Below the pieces are notes generated by a model, which saw only the letters and a list, made by a program, of their open reading frames with translations, was not told where the DNA came from and searched no databases. From IMG/VR virus record IMGVR_UViG_3300044957_000619: a DNA stretch of 64,000 bases; one strand, given 5' to 3'. The DNA comes from a virus. Below are positions 9,467 to 16,193 of the stretch, piece by piece. The translations under genes were made by a program, and so were the position numbers. Positions within the stretch are counted from its first letter, which is position 1, and each line of letters starts with the position of its first letter.

Positions 9467-10417
9467 CTAAGCCGGGATGATTTGTTCTGCAATCATCATT
9501 TTTGGATTCTCAAAGCCCATTGCACATATGCGTGCTGCTTTGATAAAGCTACGCAGGTTGATCTCTACGCCATCAAACTCTGCATCAAGCTCCTTCATTA
9601 ATGTCAATGCCTGCTCTTTTGCTGGCATCGGAATGCGACGCTCCATTGTTACCATCAACTGCGACATTCTGGCAAACATCTGATCCGTTGTCAATGCAAC
9701 ATCACTTACAAAGCTTCGGCTGCGGATTGCTTCATCCAAGCGGCTTTGGTTGATGTTGGAGATAAAGATGATGCGTCCTGTGAATTCAAAATGACGTGGT
9801 ATTTCACTACCAAACTCGTCTTTAAGAGTCTTTGTGGAGATGTAACTTAGCCTGCGGGTGTCATAAGAATCCAAAGCCGCTTTGAGGATATTAACTGCAT
9901 CATCATCTTTGAATACCGAATCACAGTCATCCAACACAATAACCTTGTCGCTATTCTCATACAGCGTAATAAACAAGCCTGCAGGCGTAGCACGACCCTT
10001 GAAGTGAACAAAGTCGGTAGACTCCTTAAGGCCCAATGACTCCAATGTACTCTTAACCAAATGCGTCTTGCCCGTACCGGCACCTCCGGTAATAACAAGT
10101 GACGGCTGAATGCCGCGCCCTACCATTTTAGTTAGACGCTCAATGTTTGCAAACATCTCCTCCGGGTCCTGGGTTTGCTTGGTTTGCATAAAGGACATCT
10201 TGACAGCCGGAGGTGGTGTCAATGCAACACCCATATCAGCGGCAGGGACTCTGGTAACACGTCCCGTTGCGGATACTACTAATACCTCACGGTTCTTCTC
10301 AGCATTCAGCAGCTGGATGTGTCGGATGGTGTCCTTAGTCGCTATGCTACCTGTGGTTGTGTTCTTAGCAAACAACTTGCCTTTAATTCTAACTGGTTCA
10401 AAAACATTACTCATCAT
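9467..10417 (-). CDS. AAA+/P-loop ATPase
   Basis: Walker A GGAGTGKT, Walker B VIVLDDCD, sensor IFISN, arginine finger AIRSRS. Confidence 0.85.
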   Translation of the reverse strand: MMSNVFEPVRIKGKLFAKNTTTGSIATKDTIRHIQLLNAEKNREVLVVSATGRVTRVPAADMGVALTPPPAVKMSFMQTKQTQDPEEMFANIERLTKMVGRGIQPSLVITGGAGTGKTHLVKSTLESLGLKESTDFVHFKGRATPAGLFITLYENSDKVIVLDDCDSVFKDDDAVNILKAALDSYDTRRLSYISTKTLKDEFGSEIPRHFEFTGRIIFISNINQSRLDEAIRSRSFVSDVALTTDQMFARMSQLMVTMERRIPMPAKEQALTLMKELDAEFDGVEINLRSFIKAARICAMGFENPKMMIAEQIIPA

Positions 10418-10503
10418 GTATCTCTCTTTTTAATTATACTTAAAGATAAGCAAAAAAAGAATGCGATCCAACCGTTTCGCAAACTTTTTTCAAACTTTTT
10501 TTT

Positions 10504-10782
10504 CTAGTTGCCGATATTGTTGAAATCAAAATCATTGACAATGGCATTGATTGCGGATCCGCCATGCTGCGCAGCATGCTTTTGGCCAGCTACTTGGGAC
10601 AACGCCCGGGCAAAGTCTGGAAGGTCACCCTTTGCCTTTGCAACAAGCAACATTTCCATCAAATGGCCCAACAACACAAAGTCTTTATCGTCGGTTAGCA
10701 TTGCTAACACCTCAGCATTGGTTTGAGCATCTGTTACGTTCTGGATTAAGTCCCTAGCTAACTGTTCTTGCATCTTGTTCAT
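10504..10782 (-). CDS. Hypothetical early protein (cassette)
   Basis: Behind repeat R3. Confidence 0.65.
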   Translation of the reverse strand: MNKMQEQLARDLIQNVTDAQTNAEVLAMLTDDKDFVLLGHLMEMLLVAKAKGDLPDFARALSQVAGQKHAAQHGGSAINAIVNDFDFNNIGN

Positions 10783-10863
10783 CGCTCTCTTTTTAATTAT
10801 ACTTAAAGATAAGTAATATGTTTCATATATCCTAATCTTTTTGCAACTTTTTTTAAACTTTTT

Positions 10864-11043
10864 TTAAACTTTTTTTAAGCCTAATTCAGCTGCTACATAA
10901 TTAACATGTTTGGTGGTTGTCTTGCTCCAGTAGCCCAATACAAGTAACTTGTTGCCATTAATGGTTGCTACATGGGTAGTATAAGAAATAACTCGATCTC
11001 CGTCTATTCGAAGATTCTTTTTGTAACGATTCAATTTTTTCAT
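10864..11043 (-). CDS. Hypothetical early protein (59 aa)
   Basis: Likely start MKKLNRY at 11043 after AAAAAGAGAG leader; SYTTHVA...YWSKTTTKHVN phage-type motif. Confidence 0.65.
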   Translation of the reverse strand: MKKLNRYKKNLRIDGDRVISYTTHVATINGNKLLVLGYWSKTTTKHVNYVAAELGLKKV

Positions 11044-11045
11044 GT

Positions 11046-11100
11046 GCTCTCTTTTTACGTCCGCAAGGGCCGACATTGCTGCCGACCCGGGACTGAGAGA
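11046..11100 (-). promoter_or_regulatory. Structured 5' leader sequestering the AGAGAG element
   Basis: Nested pairing CTCTC/GAGAG, GTCC/GGAC and GGGTCGGCA-GCAA-TGTCGGCCC. Confidence 0.55.
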
Positions 11101-11141
11101 TATAGCAAAGATTTTAGCATTGCAATTTGTTAATTGTTCAA

Positions 11142-11495
11142 TCAAATACAAGCTTGGTTCCGGAGACCATACATCATATCGTCGCTTTCCTCAAATATGT
11201 TTTCCATTGTCTCGCGTATCGCTGCAACTATGCGATTCGTGTTTATAGGCACACTCGCCAATACAATGGTGTTGTGATACAAATCAAACTCAGCATTGTC
11301 AAAATCAACTATGTCGCTGCTGTACAAATTGCCAATGGCTTTATCTACAACATCCATTATTTTGTCAAACGACTCGTTATTTAATAGGACCTTTTCTTCC
11401 AACTGCTGGATAAGGGCAATTACTTGGTCGATTGACACTACTGATGTTAATGCCTTTGCTGCTTCTAATTGTGCTACTAATTCTTGTTTTTTCAT
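11142..11495 (-). CDS. Hypothetical early protein (cassette)
   Basis: Behind repeat R4. Confidence 0.65.
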   Translation of the reverse strand: MKKQELVAQLEAAKALTSVVSIDQVIALIQQLEEKVLLNNESFDKIMDVVDKAIGNLYSSDIVDFDNAEFDLYHNTIVLASVPINTNRIVAAIRETMENIFEESDDMMYGLRNQACI

Positions 11496-11559
11496 CGCTT
11501 TTTTTTTTGGTTTTGTGGGACTATTCCCTTTTTAATTATACTTAAATTTAAAGAAAAAA

Positions 11560-11715
11560 TCAATGCGATCCAACCGTTTTATCTTCTAGTTTTGAAAAAT
11601 TTTGCACTACTATTTGGCACACTTCACATAGTATCTGGTTATCTTCGATTCCTACGGCTTCGAGGAAGGTGCATAAGTCAATTTGAATTTGTTCTTTTAC
11701 TTCAGCTTTTGTCAT
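11560..11715 (-). CDS. Small hypothetical protein (51 aa)
   Basis: Not in ORF track; MTKAEVKEQIQIDLCTFLEAVG...; stop lies inside repeat R4. Confidence 0.55.
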   Translation of the reverse strand: MTKAEVKEQIQIDLCTFLEAVGIEDNQILCEVCQIVVQNFSKLEDKTVGSH

Positions 11716-11815
11716 GGCTCTTTTTGATTTATTTACTACTTTTTTTTGCTGCGGCTAATCAACATCATGATTAGCACCACATTGAGCAACAAGCTCATAT
11801 ATACTATCTTGCCTA

Positions 11816-11965
11816 TCATACTCCAATGTATACGGCACCTGTGGTTCCTGTTACTAACTTGTAAACAATAAAGGCAATGCCAAATACAAATAACCCGGTG
11901 CATGCTACTGCTAATGCTTTAAGGGTTACTGCTACTACGTTCTCGATGCTAAACACTTTTTTCAT
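11816..11965 (-). CDS. Small membrane protein (49 aa)
   Basis: Not in ORF track; MKKVFSIENVVAVTLKALAVACTGLFVFGIAFIVYKLV..., directly behind repeat R5. Confidence 0.65.
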   Translation of the reverse strand: MKKVFSIENVVAVTLKALAVACTGLFVFGIAFIVYKLVTGTTGAVYIGV

Positions 11966-12058
11966 TTTTCTCTCTTTTTAATTATACTTAAAGATAAGCA
12001 TTTTTTCAATGCGATCCAACCTTTTTTCAAAAAAAGTTTCAAAAAAGTTATTCACAAT

Positions 12059-12118
12059 CTTGCAAGTTTTTTAACTTCATTGATTGATTTGCGCGCTCTA
12101 ACGCCAGCTGCCTTTGTC
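12059..12118 (-). other. Out-of-frame fragment of a histone-H1-like gene allele
   Basis: 49/57 nt identical to 4172-4228; reads KAAGVRARKSINEVKKLA; nearly all mismatches synonymous. Confidence 0.8.
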
Positions 12119-12310
12119 TATGAATTCAATAACATATTCAAACAGCGCTGGATCATCAATATCAAATCCATCTTCATCTCGGAACACCGTATCGATTACT
12201 TTACCGCGCTCATCTAAATAATCAGTAACCGTAACTATGTTACCTGCTGTCAATTGAACCTGGTACCTTTCTGTAGTGATCGTTTCTACATGTTTACTAA
12301 CTAACTTCAT
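12098..12310 (-). CDS. Hypothetical early protein (cassette)
   Basis: Behind repeat R6; last codons come from the captured H1 fragment. Confidence 0.65.
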   Translation of the reverse strand: MKLVSKHVETITTERYQVQLTAGNIVTVTDYLDERGKVIDTVFRDEDGFDIDDPALFEYVIEFIDKGSWR

Positions 12311-12393
12311 TTCTCTTATTTTTTAATCATACTTAAATTTAAGGACTAAATCAATGCGATCCAACCGTTTCGCAAACTTTTTTCAAACTTTTT

Positions 12394-13131
12394 TTACAGG
12401 TATTGCTCAAGCAATTTGATGCCTGGAAGTGCAGCCAATGCCTCCTCAGCCTGACGAACCAATTGTCGTGCACGCTCATTTGTGATGCCCATCTCCTCAC
12501 CAATCTGCTCCATGCTCTGTGCATACTCAAACCCTAATCCATAATTACGACGCAATGCTTCTGCTTGCCTAGGCTTCAATTGTGCCAATGCTCTATCAAT
12601 GTCAAACTGCAGATCCGCGCGGTCTCTGCTGCTGCGCACCTCATCGGCTGCTAAGTATCGATCCGCATATGTCTCTTTGTTCTCATCATCGCCTACCGGA
12701 GTGGAAATGCGCTTGATGGAGTACTCTTCGGTAGCCGTACGGTGTGATGGAATCCTTACTGTGCGAGACAAATCATTAAGGGCCTTCTGCAACTCGGCGC
12801 GGATATACCATACTGCAAACGTAATGAATTTAACATTCTTGCTGGTATCAAATCGATCCACAGCCTCAAACAATCCAATGTTGGCAAATGCTATAAGATC
12901 TTCCATCTCCAAGCCCATGCCCTGATACTGACGGGCCACTTGCACCGCAAACCGCAAATTGCTTTCTATTATGGTATTGCGTGCCTTAAGGGAGCCTGCC
13001 TGTGCTGCTTGGATTAACTGGGTCTCGTCTTCTCTGCTAATGACCCGAGCCTTCTTTATCTCGGCTACATAACGCTTTGTGGATTCGGCGCCTACTATTG
13101 CACCATTTGTAACATTGATTCTTCTTTTCAT
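12394..13131 (-). CDS. Sigma-70 family (RpoD/SigA-like) RNA polymerase sigma factor
   Basis: Region 2 NLRFAVQVARQYQGMGL..DLI...NIGL..AVDRFD...KFITFAVWYIR, RTVRIP, region 4 HTH SMEQIGEEMGITNERARQL; no region 1.1. Confidence 0.92.
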   Translation of the reverse strand: MKRRINVTNGAIVGAESTKRYVAEIKKARVISREDETQLIQAAQAGSLKARNTIIESNLRFAVQVARQYQGMGLEMEDLIAFANIGLFEAVDRFDTSKNVKFITFAVWYIRAELQKALNDLSRTVRIPSHRTATEEYSIKRISTPVGDDENKETYADRYLAADEVRSSRDRADLQFDIDRALAQLKPRQAEALRRNYGLGFEYAQSMEQIGEEMGITNERARQLVRQAEEALAALPGIKLLEQYL

Positions 13132-13134
13132 AAC

Positions 13135-13210
13135 GCTTATTTCTTTTTGTATATTATACCGGGTTTCTTGCTCTAGGGTTACCTTTTTTTCAAACTTTTT
13201 TGAAACTTTT
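13135..13210 (-). promoter_or_regulatory. Second-class promoter upstream of the sigma gene
   Basis: A-tracts-GGTAACCCT-N13-CGGTATAAT; related GGTAACCCT...GGTTATTTAT at ~14340-14372. Confidence 0.5.
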
Positions 13211-13221
13211 TTAGCCCCGCA

Positions 13222-13407
13222 CTATTTTACTATGTGGGGTTTCTGTAATGCTGCTTGAGCTTCTCTGTAAATGCGGTTGCGTTCTGCTTGTGCCATTGCA
13301 TGTTTTACTGCTGCATTTAATTGCTGAGGACGTTTTGCATCTGCCAACAACCGGGCTGACACTGCATCTTGCTTGAAAAATCCTGAATTCTTTTTGCCTA
13401 CTGCCAT
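13222..13407 (-). CDS. Hypothetical early protein (cassette)
   Basis: Behind repeat R7. Confidence 0.65.
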   Translation of the reverse strand: MAVGKKNSGFFKQDAVSARLLADAKRPQQLNAAVKHAMAQAERNRIYREAQAALQKPHIVK

Positions 13408-13624
13408 ATCTCTTATTTTTTAATTATACTTAAATTTAAGGACTAAATCAATGCGATCCTAATCTTTTGCAAACTTTTTTTGAAAAAGTTATTCACAATT
13501 TTCTGCTTCATCTGCTTCAAGTATTCTATCGATATACTGCCGGATTAGTCAAGCAATTTTTCGTTTTCATGGCGTTTTGTTTCAATGTGCGTTACGGATG
13601 CGCACCCCCCCCCGGATTGGTAAT

Positions 13625-13861
13625 TTATTGATTGTTAATAATATCGTTTACTAATTCATGAGCGTCATGCCATTGAGCCCAACGTGTAAGTGACCGAATG
13701 TATTCGGGTGATTCTTTACCCAAATGCGTCTCGCAAAGATTCAAGAAGTCCCGCTCTTGTCTTTGTCGTAATCGTAATTGCTCAAGGATAAGGTCCAACT
13801 TGATTTGTGCGGTCTCTTGCGCTTGTTCGCCGGTGTTGTTTTGTTGGTTCATTGTTTCCAT
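13625..13861 (-). CDS. Hypothetical early protein
   Basis: 78-aa ORF, second gene of the R8 cassette. Confidence 0.6.
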   Translation of the reverse strand: METMNQQNNTGEQAQETAQIKLDLILEQLRLRQRQERDFLNLCETHLGKESPEYIRSLTRWAQWHDAHELVNDIINNQ

Positions 13862-13867
13862 GTTGTT

Positions 13868-14035
13868 TTATTCTTCTAATTGATCTATAACTGATTTAAT
13901 TACACCTTCTAAATATCCATAACAATATGCTCCGGTCAACAACGTTCCATCCGCTTTCTTAGCCCATCTTTCTTGAGCTACAGCTAGTTTCTTTTTCAAT
14001 GATGCTACTAATGCTTTTTTTTCTGCTTTTGTCAT
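13868..14035 (-). CDS. Small hypothetical early protein (55 aa)
   Basis: Not in ORF track; MTKAEKKALVASLKKKLAVAQERW...YCYGYLEGVIKSVIDQLEE directly behind repeat R8. Confidence 0.7.
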   Translation of the reverse strand: MTKAEKKALVASLKKKLAVAQERWAKKADGTLLTGAYCYGYLEGVIKSVIDQLEE

Positions 14036-14129
14036 TTTACTCTCTTTTTAATTATACTTAAAGATAAGAAAAAAAAGAATGCGATCCAACCGTTTCGCAA
14101 ACTTTTTCCAAACTTTTTTTAAGTTTCAA

Positions 14130-14351
14130 TTATCCTACTTCTTTTTCTTCTACTGAGGCGTATGTGTCTCTTCCGTGTGCACTATACGTCTCAAGGATCA
14201 TGTTTTTCTCTCGAGCTATTTTTTTAAGTTCCCACAGTGCATCTTTTTCCTTTTCATAAACTGAAATTGAAACCCAATCCGGTTCGCTGAACATTAACAC
14301 AAAAACTGTTTTTCTTTTTATCTGTCTTATTTTAATTTTATAAATAACCAA
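14130..14351 (-). CDS. Hypothetical protein, start uncertain (possibly degenerate)
   Basis: Protein-like from KTVFVLMF; the annotated upstream part overlaps a promoter-like sequence. Confidence 0.4.
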   Translation of the reverse strand: MVIYKIKIRQIKRKTVFVLMFSEPDWVSISVYEKEKDALWELKKIAREKNMILETYSAHGRDTYASVEEKEVG

Positions 14352-14375
14352 AATTTTGTAAAGGGTTACCCTTTT

Positions 14376-14774
14376 TTATAAAAAAAGTTTTGAAAAAGTT
14401 TCAGCCGTTTTAAGTGGACCTTTAAAGTCATTTTCACGTCCCCATATTTCAGCTAAGCCGGAGTGGCTGCACTTAGGAATTACTGTATATACTACATTAC
14501 ATGTCTCGATATTGCATATACGGAAATCATCATACAATGGGCCGCGGCCCGGGCAATTGTTTTTGAAGAATACATAATGATCCAAAAGATCAATGTCATA
14601 CGCTTTAACAAAGCGCTCGGTTTGTTTCATCAACGTCCGGGCTTTGCGCGCTAAAGATGAATCCTTGCAAAACCAATCATAGAAATTGAAACATTTTGAT
14701 TGACTCCCATCGGCATCTAATATTAAGCCATTTGCTTGGGCATTTAATTGATCTGCTAAACTAACTCTGTTCAT
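14376..14774 (-). CDS. Hypothetical early protein (cassette)
   Basis: FYDWFCKD...YVFFKNNCP...LYDDFRICN; behind repeat R9. Confidence 0.7.
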   Translation of the reverse strand: MNRVSLADQLNAQANGLILDADGSQSKCFNFYDWFCKDSSLARKARTLMKQTERFVKAYDIDLLDHYVFFKNNCPGRGPLYDDFRICNIETCNVVYTVIPKCSHSGLAEIWGRENDFKGPLKTAETFSKLFL

Positions 14775-14864
14775 TTCTCTTATTTTTTAATTATACTTAA
14801 AGATAAGCATTTTTTCAATGCGATCCAACCAAAATCCAAAAAAAGTTTAAAAAAAGTTATTCAC

Positions 14865-15026
14865 AAAAAAAGGGCGACCGAAGCCGCCCATGGTACACGC
14901 CTGGGAATAAGAGAGAGAAACCCGTTGGTCATGTTACCCATAATGAGACGGGATCGAGGTGTTAGCGCTAACACCATGGTGGTTACGATCCCGCCAAGTG
15001 TGAAGGTCGATACTATCGATCCCGTC
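14865..15026 (-). ncRNA. Structured RNA / long 3'-UTR ending in a terminator
   Basis: 11-bp stem GACGGGATCGA/TCGATCCCGTC, palindrome GGTGTTAGCGCTAACACC, competing GGCGGGATCG copy, CU-rich segment, terminator GGGCGGC-TTCG-GTCGCCC-T7. Confidence 0.55.
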
Positions 15027-15027
15027 G

Positions 15028-15111
15028 TTATTTTCTTTTGTATTCTCGGTATGCGATCGCCGCAATCAATGCAATCAACGTCGTCATCCAAACTATAAAT
15101 AATAGCATCAT
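15028..15111 (-). CDS. 27-aa single-TM peptide (type I toxin-like)
   Basis: MMLLFIVWMTTLIALIAAIAYREYKRK; TTGGA...TTTCATATAAT promoter directly upstream. Confidence 0.55.
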   Translation of the reverse strand: MMLLFIVWMTTLIALIAAIAYREYKRK

Positions 15112-15212
15112 TTCCTTTTATTATGCTCATATTATATGAAATACGCGCACATAATCCAACCACAATACAAAAAAAGTTTGCGCTGTATAGCTAGAGAACC
15201 AAACGAAACCGG

Positions 15213-15747
15213 GTCTAAAGCCTGGTTTTGGTCTAAAAATAACGCATATTGGACTAAAAATCAAACCGGCTTTGCTCTAAAAATAATCTAAAAATAACGC
15301 ATATTGCTCTAAAAATAGCGGGAGGGTGCGGATATTGTGCTAAAAATAACATGTTCAGATCACTAGCTATACAGACGCGCGCATAGCATCTAAAAATAAA
15401 GCTGGTATTAGATTCACTATATATAGAGCGCATGATGGACTAAAAATAACAGCCACTCGGACTAAAACGTAACCAGGGAGATTGGGGTCGAGTCCGTTAA
15501 AACCAGCTGATATTGATCTAAAAATAGATGCACCCGTATACTGGCTCTTACAGTTCGTTTAAGAACATTGTAGCCCTTTTGGAGTCTAGATATTCGTGAA
15601 ATGGGAATAAAGAGTCTATGCCCCACGAAAACATGTAACACCGGCAGGGAGATATCTTAAAGATCTTGCTGGTAGCTACTACACACTAAACTTTGCTTTA
15701 CATATCGTAATAAGACTATTAACATTACGTGTATCCATCTAAAAATA
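15213..15747. repeat. Iteron-like CTAAAAATA repeats in an ~800-bp non-coding region
   Basis: Exact copies at 15233, 15277, 15288, 15309, 15340, 15390, 15440, 15518, 15739 plus variants at 15215, 15254, 15462; 20-bp direct repeat TCTAAAAATAACGCATATTG at 15232 and 15287. Confidence 0.85.
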
Positions 15748-15970
15748 CGCGGGGAGAGGGAGCCATACTAGACTCCGTTTTGTGTCTACCAGGACTAGTA
15801 ACGCAATCAAGGATACCTGGATAAAGTGGGACTTGTGTGTTTACAAGCGTTTATACTTCGTGCATACTTATATTGTATACTTGCTTATGCTTGCTTCGTA
15901 TATGCTTACCGAGTTGCATTCTTCAGTATCCGTAAACATTACAATGCTACGGCTACTACGTAGTTTAACA

Positions 15971-16192
15971 TTACTTATCTAATTTGATTTGATGATCATC
16001 AAGTATCTCATAGAACTTAGCTCTGATTCTTTCTACCATTGCCCATTCCTTTGCATCTAACTCTTCATACTTGCATAGTGTTCTAAGTTCTTGAGAAATG
16101 TCCCAAAGTGCTGCATACATATTACTCCCTTGAACCGCAAAGTCGAAGTCTGCTTGGTCTTCTGGTAAATTAAAGGTTAATTTTGCTTTCAT
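15971..16192 (-). CDS. Hypothetical protein (MKAxLxFNLPED phage family)
   Basis: 73-aa ORF. Confidence 0.65.
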   Translation of the reverse strand: MKAKLTFNLPEDQADFDFAVQGSNMYAALWDISQELRTLCKYEELDAKEWAMVERIRAKFYEILDDHQIKLDK

Positions 16193-16193
16193 T

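Larger units (their letters stand above)
9331..14865 (-). repeat. Nine dispersed copies of an ~80-bp promoter/leader repeat (at ~9331, 10421, 10786, 11528, 11970, 12313, 13410, 14040, 14777)
   Basis: Minus-strand consensus A-tracts-GTTGGATCGCATT-N~9-CTTATCTTTAAGTATAATTAAAAAGAGAG-N2-5-ATG, each directly upstream of a gene; resembles Bacteroidota TTG/TAnnTTT promoters with UP-like A-tracts. Confidence 0.9.

Noticed and set aside
9331-14865. CRISPR array interpretation of the dispersed repeats
   Set aside because: Repeats are ~80 bp, degenerate and non-palindromic, separated by roughly 300-1100 bp containing whole genes; there is no cas operon. The Cas4-like nuclease is 40 kb away in a replication context.
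14861-15163. 100-aa ORF from the track as a real gene
   Set aside because: It starts inside the promoter and runs through palindromes and a terminator; a 27-aa TM peptide plus structured RNA explains the region better.
15213-15747. Mini-CRISPR reading of the CTAAAAATA repeats
   Set aside because: The repeat is only 9 bp and start-to-start spacing is irregular (11-221 bp).
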